This document shows positions 43,009 to 56,149 of a stretch of DNA of 64,000 bases, in pieces. The stretch lies in the NCBI GenBank assembly GCA_951406725.2, contig OX597815.1, forward strand, positions 101,246,001 through 101,310,000. The letters are read 5' to 3'. The notes beneath the pieces were generated by a model. It did no database searches. It saw only the letters and a program-made list of their open reading frames with translations, and was not told the DNA's origin. The stretch comes from Octopus vulgaris (taxonomy: Eukaryota). Made by a program: the position numbers and the translations under genes. Each line of letters opens with the position of its first letter. Position 1 is the stretch's first letter.

Positions 43009-43664
43009 AAAGATACGATAGAAATTTACGCCTTTCATCACGAGGAGCGAACTGGGCAACTTATGTCCAGCCATTAAATAAAAGGCATTCAAAAGGGACT
43101 CTGACACTGAGACATAATGCCAGTATATCCAAATGAATGACCATCTTTAGTGGGAAACCAGACCAGGATCGAAAACTTTGTTATGAAATAATCTCTCCTG
43201 CTAAGTACAAGAGAAATCCCAAATAGAAGCATGCCTCATAACGGTCCTCTATTTACAACAACTGAAAACTTAGCAAAAGGAAAAAGATAAAAATATAGTT
43301 TATAGAAGAGTATGAGGATGTCGGAGAAGCATTCTGTACTGTTTTACTGAACTCGACAGTAACGTAAATGTCTCGTCAATATCATAAATAGTAGAAAAAT
43401 TAAAAAAACTTTTGAACTCGAGAACATTTTCCCATCCCACCACCAAAAGAAATAAATTACCGAGAGAAGATCCTCAACACGAAATTTGAGGAGCTAAATA
43501 TCAACAGGCCAAATGAGACTCCAGTAGCTAGTAAAAAGAAAAAGCAAGTTGAGAGTACCATTGATATCTCGTCAGAGGTTGAGCTCCAAGCAGAGACATT
43601 TCAGGAAGGATGCAACAATAATAAAACAGTAGGGATTACTGCAAATATCTAGTAGAAATGGTGA

Positions 43665-43981
43665 CACTCCGTCGCTTACGACAACAAGGGTTCCAGTTGA
43701 TTCGATTTACGGAACAGCCTCTTCGTGAAATTAACGTGTATTTGACTGAGCGCTCCACAAACACGTGTACTCTTAACGTAGTTCTCAGGGTGATTCAGCG
43801 TGACACAGAATGTGGCAAAGCTGGACCTTTGAAATAGAGGTGCTACTTATTTTTGCCAGCTGAGTGAACTGGAGCAACGTGAAATAAAATGTTTTGCTCA
43901 TGGACACAACGCATCGCCCAGAATTGAAGTCACGACCTTGCGATCGTGAGCCGAATACCAAACCACTAAGTCACGCGCCTT
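43665..43981 (-). mobile_element. SINE family 3, tail type A
   Basis: Colinear with 1352-1673; TSD-like TCTAGTRGAAAT flanks. Confidence 0.82.
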
Positions 43982-44537
43982 CAGTTCTAGTGGAAATAGG
44001 AAGTCCTGAAAATCTCTATGAAATAACAACTAGTAATCCCAAATATCAAGACCATTACTCCAAAGAAGAAGTCATTAGACAGGCCAATGGAAACTTAACA
44101 GAAATTAACAATATTGGTGAGGGATAAATTGATTACAACGACCCCTAGTGCTTAACTGGTACTTATTTTATCGATCCCGAAAGGCTGAAAGGCAAAGTCG
44201 ACCAATGCAGAATATGAGTACAAAAGGTATAGAGTCGGAAAAAATGCCGCTGAACAATTTTTCCGGTGCGTCAACGATTCTGCCAGTACAACGGACACTG
44301 CAACATTTTACAGTATACAATAAAACACCACTCTGCAATATTTCACAAAGCACACTAAAGCTCAGTGTTATGAAACTACACAACAACTACTACACTACAA
44401 TATTTCACTGCACCACCAACAATCAACATAAAACAACATACATCACAACTCTGCAGTATTTCATTACAATACACATACAACACAAACACTTCACATACAT
44501 TTACTGGCAGAACTTAGCAACGTTTCACTACAATATA

Positions 44538-45341
44538 CGAAGTGCGTTCAAAGAGTATTCGACTTTATTTTCCCCGCCAAAACTAATACCTCGTTGACAA
44601 AATTCCTTGGGTGGGAATCGACGCCACCCATCCTGCGCATGCATGAAATTTTTTTCTGTTATGTCTCTAGTACAGAAGTGTACTGTGCACTCGTCGGATC
44701 CGCATTTTCAACGAACGCATCCAGCAGAGGTGTTGCATCAAGTTTTGCCAAAAGTTTGGTGATACTTAAGCGCAAACCATCCATCAAGTATGACGCACCA
44801 CAGTGGAGAGCGAGTCACGCTCAGGTGGGTCATCAACAAACCGAAACGGGTAGCCGATTGAGAAGATTCGTGGAATAGTCGCGGAAGACCGACATGTAAC
44901 AATCCAGGAAATTGTTCGTGAAGTAGGACCAAGCACAGGGTCAGTGCATTCCGTTTCAACGGAGGATTTGTTCGTGGAGAGAATATTGGTAAGATTCGTC
45001 CACAAGGTGCTGCTGGAGCAGCAGAAGCAACTCATGGAAATCGCTCAGGTCATGCTAGACTGTGCAAACCACGACCGAACGAGATTTCCTGAAGACCATC
45101 ATCACTGGTAAGGAGGCATGGGTTTATGGTCTCTGTTCGATGTGTTCGGTCGTGCTGCCTGAAAACGAAAACCCGACGAGCGTGCACTACACGTTTGTAC
45201 TCTATACGTAACAGCCGGAAAGTGACGCGGCCTACCGGCGCGAAAGTTTTCACACGTGCGCAGGAAGGATGTCGTCACCTCCCACACAGCATTCGTTTTC
45301 GTGAGAAAAGATGAAGTCGGATACTTATTGAATGAACCTCG
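44538..45341 (+). mobile_element. Internally deleted mariner-family element
   Basis: TA|CGAAGTGCGTTCAAAGAGTATTCGACTT ... AAGTCGGATACTTATTGAATGAACCTCG|TA imperfect TIRs; relic QRCCIKFCQK and DFLKTIITG.E.WVYG. Confidence 0.85.
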
Positions 45342-45361
45342 TACCTACAATACTTCACAAC

Positions 45362-45397
<36 letters not shown>

Positions 45398-46334
45398 CAC
45401 TGCTTTAAGTAGATAACTAAGAGTTCTCACACTACAGTTATCTTTTTCCTTATATCTGCATCAGTTTTTTGAGAACAGGGAAATGAATAGTACTTATACG
45501 CTGCTTAATTGAGGCTTTATTTAATTTCAAACTCATAATTTTAAATCTTAATTTTAAATCTTAATTGTAATTTTTAATTTTAATTCTTAACTTAATCTAA
45601 TTTAAGTAGCATAACTTTAATAAAATAAAATGAGTTACTAAAGCCCCATAATTCTATTTCAAAATTAAATAAATAAGGCTACTCCCTCGGTGATAATATG
45701 ATTATCTTCATTATGATAGACAATTCCCTAACACCTTGTAAATGATCTTCTAAGATTTGACCTGTAGTCCGTCAATGTATGAATAATAACGGCAACTCCT
45801 TAAGACAATAAAATGAATAAATTAAATAAATAAATTTTAATGACTTTTTGATAAGATTATACTTAGATTTTCCTAATGTATTTTCTTTTGATTTTAGCCT
45901 CTGACCCCTAAACCCCTGACCGTGTTATCTCTTTAGATTCTCTTTAAATTCATAGCTGATTTCAACAGCAATAAATTAGCTGTTTTACTAGTCAAAGAAT
46001 AATATTCTCCTCTAGTTCCTAGATGCCTGTAAATTAAAACCAGACTTGCCGTCTACTAATTCTTCTGTATAACTAGAACCCTCTTTTTTTTTTTTTTTTT
46101 TCCCTTCTTTCTCTATTTCTTTCTCTTTTCTCTTTTTTCTTTTTCTTCTTCTTATTCTCTTTTTCCTTTTCTCTTCTCTTTTAGTCCCCCCTTTTTGCTC
46201 CCTCCTCCTTTATTTTCTCTCTTTTCTTCTCTTCCCTTCCCTTTTCTGTTCTTTGCCTCTCTAGAAAGCCCTTCAGCCTTTAAAAGTTAAATAGCTACAG
46301 CCTCTTGTAAATAGCAGTAATGTGATTAATGTGG

Positions 46335-46645
46335 CAAATACCTAATCATATAACAAGAATTGATACCTACCTCATTGTGTTCAACCATTGATAAATTTAT
46401 CGCCTGTGAATATGAAATTCCTCTTCATTTCTCTGGAAATTTACATCTACACCATTGGAAATTGTGCATCTATACAAAGGATTAATTCACCCTCTCTGTA
46501 ATGCTAATAAGCAGGAATTGAGACCCACCTCGTTGTGATTAACAATGGATAAATTTGTCGTCTGTGAGTATGTAATCCCTCCTCATATCTCTGGAAATTC
46601 ATATGTGCACTATGGATTAGGTCACCTTCTCTGTGATGCTATTAA
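46335..46645. repeat. Diverged tandem duplication (about 160-bp unit) inside a (TA)n-flanked segment 45397-46913
   Basis: GAATTGATACCTACCTC..GATAAATTT..TCTCTGGAAATT..CACC.TCTCTGT.ATGCTA occurs twice. Confidence 0.7.
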
Positions 46646-46791
46646 AACTTTTTTAAAATTCTGTGGTAAGACTGTACATCATCTTTAAAGAACTTTAATG
46701 AACTTTGGAAATCTGTTTATGTTACTTAATTATCTACATTACTTCATGAGTATAGCCTCAACCACTAGGATGTCTAGAGAACTCACATGTA

Positions 46792-46882
46792 TTTTAGCTG
46801 ATGAGTACGGGACACGTTTATATGCTGTAATTTTTGCAACTTTTAATAAAGCCTGTCCTTGTATGAAACGATTGTACTAAAA
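46792..46882 (+). ncRNA. Candidate type I hammerhead ribozyme (Penelope/retrozyme-type minimal stem III)
   Basis: UUUUAG-CUGAUGA-GUACGGGACA...UGUCCUUGUAU-GAAAC-GAUU-GUA-CUAAAA: 6-bp stem I, long stem II, near-palindromic ACGAUUGU. Confidence 0.75.
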
Positions 46883-46911
46883 ACCTATCCATTCTTGTTG
46901 CTTCTTTCTCG

Positions 46912-46949
<38 letters not shown>

Positions 46950-47960
46950 GCACAGCAATAATATACTTCACAACACATCACTGTAATACTTCACAACATA
47001 CAATTACACACTACTACAGATACCAATCACGTCACCCTCGAATCACAACCTATTATCCTATTCTTTTTCTCAAAGTGTTTCCTGAAATATGTGACCCTAG
47101 ATACAAAACGTTTGAGGGATGAGGAGGGGAGAGAAAAACAAAAGATGATATGGTCACGACATAGGTCTTCTGGATCAAAATGGACCTAGTACTAAACAAG
47201 AGCAATCCACATCATGCCAGGGTGTATAATATAGTTCTCAGTTAAAAAGGGAGGAAGATAGATAGATGGATAGGGAGAGAGAGAGAGAGAGGGAGAGAGA
47301 GAGAAAGAGAGGGAGGGAGAGAGAGAGAGAGAGAGAGATAGTGTATAAAGAACGACATATCAATAGATTTCTGTTTGGCAGTTAGTCGTTCCGCTGCCTA
47401 GTTGCATAGCACAGGTCAACTTCATTACAGCTGAGCCGAAGTTACGCAACAGCAATACTATCAACAGAGACAGCAACAATAACATCGAGAATAATAGAAG
47501 AAACAACAATTGACATAGAAAAAAAAAAGAAGAAAAACGAGAAAGGAAAGTTTGTAAAAAGCAAATCAACGCACCTATTCAGACAGGTGTTACGATTCAA
47601 AAAACTTTCTTATACACAATTAACGTGGCATGCTTATTCTCCCGCCTACACTCTCCCTATACATACATACATACATACATACATACATACATACATACAT
47701 ACATACATACATACATACATACATACATACACGTAATCAACAATAAATACATACATATATGTATATGTATATATATATTGTATGTGTATATGCATAGACG
47801 AATGTATATGTAAATGTATGTAAGTAAGCATATATATACGTACATATAATATACAATACATAAGATATACACATATATTAACGTTGACGAATACATTGTA
47901 AGTGGTGTTTCGTAGGCGGATCTATCTATCTATCTGCCTGTTTCTCTCTCTCTCTATTTA

Positions 47961-48008
<48 letters not shown>

Positions 48009-48241
48009 TCTATCTTTTTTTTCCCTCTCCCCCCTTTTTTAAAATCCTCCCCTTTTTTGTCCTCTTTCTTTCCTTTTACGATCCCTTTTGATCGAAAACC
48101 AACCCCCTCTTTTTTACCCCAAAAGAAAAGCTCTACCTTGTAATTTGTTCTGTCTGTGTGCAGCCCTGTGTGGCTAATAAAGAAACATATCTATCTATCT
48201 ATTTATCTATCGGCCTGTTTCTCTCTCTCTCTATTTATTTA

Positions 48242-48288
<47 letters not shown>

Positions 48289-48300
48289 ATCTATCCATCC

Positions 48301-48384
<84 letters not shown>

Positions 48385-48741
48385 ATCTATCAATCAGTCA
48401 GTGTCTGTCTGTCTGTCTATCAATACATGTATACAACTACACACACATGCACACCCAGACGTGTGTGTGCGCGGGAGCGTGTGTATGTGTATGTGTGTGT
48501 GTGTGGCTGTCTGTGTGCGTTTGTCTGTATGGATTCACGCGTGCGTCTGTGTTTATGTTTACACCGGTCTAATATCAGGTGTTATTTAAGTTGTGTCCCA
48601 TTTGTGCTTAACGCATACATCTTGACACGCAGCGATCGATAGAATAAGTACTGGAGTCGATATGATCGATTAATTTTTGAAAGAAGTGCACCAGCTTGGC
48701 CGCTGTCCTTAGGAATGAACTAAATTATATAGATACACATA

Positions 48742-48813
<72 letters not shown>

Positions 48814-48924
48814 ATCAATATCAATAATAACAAAGGGTAAAATTAATTAATTAAGAGGTAATCAATAATTTCACCAAGTAGAATTCGGCATGAAAAAAGG
48901 ACCATTTCACGGTAAACTTAAGTA

Positions 48925-49195
48925 ATACTTAATAATTAGGGTTCAGCAAAGATTCGTTTCACCACATACCGAAGTTTAGAAATAGCAGCCAAAAAATCTT
49001 AGCTATTTCTTCTACTTTAAAAAGGGACTCCCAGAAAAATCCAAATACTTGATTTTCAAAATACTTCATTTTCAAGTATTTTGGTTTTTCTGGGAGTCCC
49101 TTTTTAAAGTAGAAGAAATAGCTAAGATTTTTTGGCTGCTATTTCTAAACTTCGGTATGTGGTAAAGCAAATCTTTGCTGAACCCCAATTATTAA

Positions 49196-49199
<4 letters not shown>
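48925..49199. repeat. Long inverted repeat (about 125-bp arms, short spacer)
   Basis: 48925-49052 is the near-perfect reverse complement of 49071-49199; bracketed by (TA)n. Confidence 0.9.
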
Positions 49200-49251
<52 letters not shown>

Positions 49252-49261
49252 TTCTTTTATA

Positions 49262-49451
49262 TTTTTACTTGTTTCAGTCATTTGACTGCGGCCATACTGG
49301 AGCACCACTTTTAGTCGAACAAATCGATTCCAGGACTTGTTCTTTGTAAGCCTAGTACTTATTCAATCGGTCACTTTTACCGAACCCCTAAGTTACGGGG
49401 ACGTAAGCAGAGCAACATCGGTTGACAAGCGATGGTGGGAGTACAAAGATA

Positions 49452-49528
<77 letters not shown>

Positions 49529-49637
49529 GCGACGGGCTTCTTTCAGTTTCAGAAACTTGACCTAGGTGCCACGCAGTGGGACTGAGCCCTGAACCATGTG
49601 GTTGGGAAGAAAGCTTCTTACCACATAGTCACGCCAT
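49262..49637 (-). mobile_element. SINE family 1 with an internal deletion
   Basis: Tail, (CA)n and head present; lacks the AAATCCACTCACAAGG segment. Confidence 0.82.
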
Positions 49638-49904
49638 GCATACATACATACATACATACATACATACATACATACATACATACATACATACATACATACA
49701 TACACACATCTACGCATACACCCTCCACATGCACACGCACACGTAAATATACACACACGTATATACATTATTATGATATCACTGACGGAGTGGTATAGTC
49801 AAGGGGAGAGAGAGAGAGAGTAAAAAGACACAGAAAAAGAGGGAGGAGAGAAGAAAGAAAGAGCGAGAGGTAGAGGGAGAGAGAAAGAGTGAAGGAGAGT
49901 GCGG

Positions 49905-49956
<52 letters not shown>

Positions 49957-50126
49957 GAGAGAGAAATATAGTGGATAAGGAAAAACAGCAGCAGACACCG
50001 CTGTTAGGATCTATTTCATGTTACCGTTTGTTTGTTTTTGTACAGTTGGACAACTTTCAGGTGAGTGGCTTTTGATTTTAGTTTGGAAGTATATTATAGC
50101 CAAACAGCACGCATTTGTGTTGTATA

Positions 50127-50204
<78 letters not shown>

Positions 50205-50494
50205 CACATATGTATGTACATTAATGCTTGTTTTTATGTCCTTATTATAAAGACAATTAAGCAAGAAAATGATTACTCAATAGTTTTTTATAGAGTATAT
50301 AATCATTATACATTTTCAAAAATAGTGGTGATAATGACTTCGAAGTTTCGGCTTTTTAACCTTCCGAGGAAGGCTACAAGAAGAATGGCAGGCCGAAGGA
50401 TCCAAGTTCCTATCACCTTTATTCTTGAAAATGTATAATCTCTGTCTGTCTGTCTGTCTGTCTCTGTCTCTCTACATACCTACATAATAAATAA

Positions 50495-50738
50495 ATAAAT
50501 GCGCCCTTTTAAAGCCTAGCCAAGCTCATGGGCCCGGTTTCCCGGTTTCTATGGCGTATGTGTTCTACAGCTGGACGGGACGCTAGCGTTACTCATTTTT
50601 GCCAGATGAGTGGACTGGAGCAATGTGAAATGAAGTGTTTTGCTCAAGAACACAACGCGTCGCCCGGTCCAGGAATCGAAACCACAATCTTACGATCATG
50701 ATGCCGACCGACACCCTAACCACCATGCCACGCGCCTC
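50495..50738 (-). mobile_element. SINE family 3, tail type C
   Basis: Same head and domain up to GGCAAAAATGAGT, then an unrelated tail ending AAAAGGGCGCA(TTTA)n. Confidence 0.8.
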
Positions 50739-51015
50739 CACATACCTACATACATGCACACAAATATGCAAACACCCTGCACATTCACGCACACACCCAT
50801 AAATATATACACATACGTATATACATTATGATATATATATTATTATGATATCGCTCTCTCTCTCTCTGTCTCTCTCTTTTCCCTCTCTCTCTGCAGTTGC
50901 AGCATAGCTTCATCTAAACTTTTAAAAATCAGAGAAATCTATGAAACTGGTTAAGTCTTTAAAAATTTAAAAACGAAACTTCTAAACGAATCCCAGTGCA
51001 TTTTCAACTTTTTTC

Positions 51016-51057
<42 letters not shown>

Positions 51058-51227
51058 TGCATAATAGGTTTGGTGATGCAAACAGGAAAAATAGAACTCA
51101 AAACATGAGTATCCATTCCTTTTTATTAATATTAAGCAGAAGGAAAGGAGTGATTCAAGACACGAGACTTTCGTACATTGACACAAGAATAATAGACAAA
51201 TGCCAGCGCGTAAAACTGTCGGAATAG

Positions 51228-51399
51228 CTGTACGGTACGTAGCTTGCTTACCAACCACATGGTTCCGGTTCAGTCTCACTGCGTTGCACTTTGGATAAGT
51301 GTCTTCTACTATAGTCACGGGCCGACCAAAGCCTTGTGAGTGGATTTGGTAAACGGAAACTGAAAGAAGCCCGTCGTATATATATAAGTGTGTGTGTGT

Positions 51400-51441
<42 letters not shown>

Positions 51442-51653
51442 ATGTTTGTGTGTCTGTGCTGTCTTTCCACCATCGCTTGACAACAGATGCTGGTGTGTTT
51501 ACGTCTCCGTAACTTAGCGGTTCAGCTAAAATGGGTGATAGAATAAGTACTAGGCTTACAAAGGATAAGTCCTGGGGGTCGATTTGTTCGACTAAAGGCG
51601 GTGCTCCAACATAGCCGCAGTCAAATGACTAAAATAAGTAAAAGAGTAAAAGA
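51228..51653 (+). mobile_element. SINE family 1
   Basis: Head, internal (TG)n, GTAAAAGAGTAAAAGA tail. Confidence 0.85.
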
Positions 51654-51761
51654 ATATATATAATTCAAATAGGTTATCATTATCAATAAAAATATCGATA
51701 AAATGGCCACCAAACATAATCCAAATATGCAAAATATATGATGAAAAGTCAGGGTGTATAG

Positions 51762-52025
51762 GAATCTTTTCTACTCTAGGTACAAAGCCTGAAATTTTGG
51801 GGGAGGGGCTAGTCGATTAGATCGACCCGAGTACGCAACTGGTGCTTAATTTATTTGTGACCATGCTGGAGCACTACCTTTTAGTCGAAGAAATCGAGCC
51901 CAGGGCTTATTCTTTGTAAGCCTCGTACTTATTCTATCGGTATCTTTTGCCGAACCACTAAGTTACGGGGACATGAACACACCAAGATTAGTTGTCAAGC
52001 GATAGTAGAGGAACAAACACAGACT
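51762..52025 (-). mobile_element. Fused SINE2 3' end and SINE1 body fragments
   Basis: SINE2 tail 51762-51855 directly joined to SINE1 sequence starting GACCATGCTGGAGCAC. Confidence 0.7.
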
Positions 52026-52267
52026 TATACATATGAATATGTGCTATATAGTTTATACAAAACATTTAGATTGTTTGTATAAAAGAAAATCAACTTTGAA
52101 ATGCTGTCAAGAAAAAAAAACACATTTCTTTAGAAATGTCTTGTATTATTTACTATTAAATATATATTTTATTACATCCATGCTTCTAGATATACAAACG
52201 TGTAAATATAATATGTATATGTGTTTGTATATATGTATGTGTTTGTATATATGTTTGCATGTATGTA

Positions 52268-52838
52268 CAAGGTCTGATCAATAAGTATCCGGACTGTTGC
52301 AATAGTAACGAAGCTAAAGCACGCAGAGTAAAGCGGCGTGGTACAGATTGACCTTGAACTCTGCTGTGCATGCGCACTGATTTTTAACGTTCTAGCTCAC
52401 TTTCGCTGTTTGAAGGGAAGGTGTGTAGTGTGTGATCGTCGCATTGTCCATGACAGAGGAAGTTGTCATAGCGATTCCTGCTCAGAAGCTAAATCAAAGT
52501 TGCAGAATATGTATGGAGAGGAGTGTATGAACCGCAAACAAGTGTACAAGTGGTTCAGGCGTTTCTAAAATAGCCGAAAACTATCGATATTAACGAACGT
52601 TCTGGGAGACCCACAACGAACAGAACTGAGAAAAACATCGCAGATGTGCGTGCAGTTATGTGGGGAAATCGTCAAATTATCATCCGTGAGGATGTGCAGA
52701 TTAGTTACAGTTCAATACATTATCACTGAAGATTTGGGTTTGAGACTCGTGTCTGCCAAATTTGTGCCAAATCTGCTTTCAGCTGACCAAAAGACACTCT
52801 GGTTTCAGTTGCAGATCTCCTTGATTGCGTCGAGATGA
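52268..52838 (+). mobile_element. Mariner-family 5' fragment
   Basis: TA|CAAGGTCTGATCAATAAGTATCCGGAC left end; LQNMYGEECMNRKQVYKWFRRF (HTH), ERSGRP, VSAKFVPNLLSADQ. Confidence 0.85.
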
Positions 52839-54079
52839 TAATAGAAGAGTTTATGTCACCTCTACCCTACCTATTTCTGAGCACTTATCACTATCTGACT
52901 GACTTCTGAGATTTGTTTCTTTATGTGGTCAAGGGAATTTATAACCATAGTGAATTAAGGTTTGGTTGAATATCCTAAAATATCTAATTTATCAACAGTA
53001 GCTAGAACTTAATTGTCAACTCCCAGTGGTTTTAATTCTTAGTAGATGCTGTATACTAGCTGCGTTAAATCTTTTGATGGTGATAAGGGGATAGATAAAA
53101 ATTGTAGCTAAATTACCATCTCATGAACCCCCACTGTTATCCTCTTCTGCCACTCCAAATTGTAGTTGGGGCATTTTTTTCTCTAAGTTTATTCTGCTAG
53201 TAATTGAATAGTAGCAGCATGGATTTCTTTCATTCTCTAGTTCTTGTGAAATATTTGCTAAAAATTATAATGGAGTACCCTGTCTGCTGAAAACCTATAT
53301 TTTGCATCCGAAGATGGCGGTATATTTCAAATTGATGCAATGCTTGCATAGTTCAATTATTTGCTTTTCATTCACCTTACTTGGAGCTGTGCGGATAATA
53401 CTTGGTGCTTCAACTTAAGTACCTAATTCAACTGAACATTTATGTACAAACACTCGTACATACATACACACACATATACTTAAAATTGTATAATGATGTT
53501 CTCGAATGAATTAACTCACAAGCATATTGCTTGCGCGCATATATATATGTCCTGTATATTTATATACATATGTTGTTGTTGTTGTTGTTGCTGCTGCTGC
53601 TGCTGCTGTTGTTGTTATTGTTCTACAGCAGCTGTTGTTGCTGCTTCTCACCTTCATATCCCACTCCTTTTTCTTCTCATTTCACAGAAGGCTAGGGCTG
53701 CGGCCCATCCTCTTCATCAGCTGTCGGCTGCCACAACGCTATGAGCACCTTTCGGCAGCATTTTACTTTCCAATGGTGATTCACACACACACACCATTGC
53801 AGTTTGCAATGGTTCGCCAAAAGAAAAATTACAAATGTCACTAAATGTGACTAGGATGTTAGAAAACACCTACATTGCTAGAACTAAGAGCTAAACTGCT
53901 CTAATGCTGTAATTAACACACACGAATGAAAGCATTCATATGTTATTTAAAACAGTTTGATTCGCTTTCGTGCGACATAAATTTTCCCAGGCCCCTAACA
54001 GGAGCCCGTTAGGATTGCCGTTTGGATTGCTGAATGGAGAGGTATAAGAAGTCCAAAATGTCTACTGAAAGATAGGCTG

Positions 54080-54180
54080 CTATTGGTCGAGGCCGGTCAC
54101 ATGGTGTTGTTAAAGAATATTGTCAAAGAATATCAGTTCCTTAGCAACAGCATTTCCTTAAGAAAGGGGAATTTCTTTCA
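54080..54180. promoter_or_regulatory. Possible cis-regulatory motif cluster
   Basis: ATTGG (54082-86), GTCACATG E-box (54096-103), RFX X-box-like GTTCCTTAGCAAC (54136-48) and kB-like GGGGAATTTC (54166-75) in non-repetitive sequence. Confidence 0.3.
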
Positions 54181-54638
54181 CTGTGTGGCTGGACAGGGAG
54201 CTGGCGTCTAGATATGACAGAAGTAAAGCCAGTGTGTGTGTGTGTGAGTGTGTGTGTGTGTGAGAGTGTGTGTGAGTGTGTGTGGGAATGTGCTTGTCAT
54301 AAATGTGTTCAAACCTTTTTTGGGGCTGAGGGGCTACCGGAAATGATGTTGGGCGTTTGTCGTACCAATGATGGCTATTTATTCAGACACACACCTGTCC
54401 TCTTATCCCCGAACAATAAGCTTGCCTTTTCCTTTAAAGGCATGTCAACTTTGGAGAATTCTTGAATTTTGAGATTATTACCCCTTCGCAAGCGGAGCTG
54501 GTCTTAACTGTGATTTGGTAATTATGATATAGCCACTGTTTACAGATGTTATTTTAATAAATCAAGGTTTATGCTGTATAGTTTTCATAGTATTTGATAT
54601 ATCTGTATTTTCTCTCTCTTTCTGTCTCTCTCACTGTG

Positions 54639-54729
<91 letters not shown>

Positions 54730-54770
54730 GTCTTTTTTTATTATATCCCCTTATTTTGTCTCTCTCACTG

Positions 54771-54896
<126 letters not shown>

Positions 54897-55359
54897 GTCG
54901 TTAAAGAGGACAACTAACTTTAAAGGCAAACATCTCAAGTCATATACATTATTATTATGGGGTGAAATTGAGTCTTACAGCTGTTTCCGGGATATCCCAT
55001 AGTATGGAATATTCTGTTATCATAGACAAATAGGGAAAATGTATATGACTAGAGATGTTTGCTTTGCCTTAACGTTTTTTCCTCTTTAACAATTATATAT
55101 CCGGTATATCGAAAATCTTCAATGGCTCCATAACTACCGTCTCGGCTATAACCTTGGAGCACTAGTAATCCGTTACAGCCCTTACGCCGCGTACCTAATT
55201 GTTTAAATCACCTGTGAACTAAACCCCACCATACTTTATATATATATCTAATACAAAAATGGGACAAGAACGTAAAACATCCAGACAGTTAGGTGATACA
55301 AAAAGAGGATAACAAAACATCCAGACAGACAATAGAAAGAAAATAAGGACGGGTCATTC

Positions 55360-55440
55360 GGAGTTTTCTTTCCTCAGTCGAGTTCCAGATTATCTTTGCA
55401 ATTTCAGCTGGTTATACTCGAGATTGCTCCAATCTGGCCA
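55360..55440 (-). ncRNA. Candidate hammerhead ribozyme, non-circularly permuted (copy E3)
   Basis: Minus strand: CCAGAUU-GGA-GCAAU-C-UCGAGU..CU-GAA-AUUGC..AAUCUGG-A-ACUCGA-CUGAGGA-A-AG; perfect stems III and I and extension helix; stem II only 2 bp. Confidence 0.72.
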
Positions 55441-55730
55441 GCCCCAAGCTAAGACCACCAGACTCCTTGGAAGAAAGCAGTGAATGTATACGAAAATATG
55501 GACGGAAAGAAACGGAGAAATGGTACACAAATACAAATAACAGGACATTAACAACGAATATCTTTCGACTAAGGACGAATTAAATTAAGTTGGCGTGTGT
55601 GGAAGTTAAGCCTTACGGCAGGGACATAGGATTTGACAGGTACAGGGAGGAATATAAATGTTGCACCGATGGCAGTCGAACCAAGAAAGAAAGGCCAGGC
55701 TTGGCTAAACACCGGTCACGTGGGGAGCGA

Positions 55731-55789
<59 letters not shown>

Positions 55790-56149
55790 GAGGCAGAAGG
55801 GTAGAAGAATTAGGGATGGACGAGAAAAAATGAAAGGGACAGAGTGAAGTGAAAAAGGAGGAGAAGTGAACATGAAGCGAAGGCCAGGAAATGTGAGAGA
55901 ATGGGAACGAAGAGTGGAATGAACGAAATGTGAATGGGCTGATAGAAAGAATGAAAGAATGAAAGAATAGAAAGAATAATAGAGACGTACAAAATTTATA
56001 TATATTTATATATATATACTTATATATAAGAGACCAAAATGTACGTACGCTGCTATATTAAAAAAAAATGAGACGAGAACGCAAAACATCCAGACAGTTA
56101 ATTGATACAAAAAGGGGACAACAAAACATCCTGACAGACGATATATATT

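Noticed and set aside
47625-48642. ORFs rich in YI, LSIY, CV, HT, ER or poly-N/I/L, here and throughout the window
   Set aside because: Translations of di-, tri- and tetranucleotide microsatellites; no protein features.
53705-53790. Minus-strand GAAA...CAGCCGACAG-CUGAUGA-AG resembling E1
   Set aside because: Spacing is 29 nt and there is no upstream strand complementary to CGACAG after an NUH triplet; likely chance or too decayed to call.
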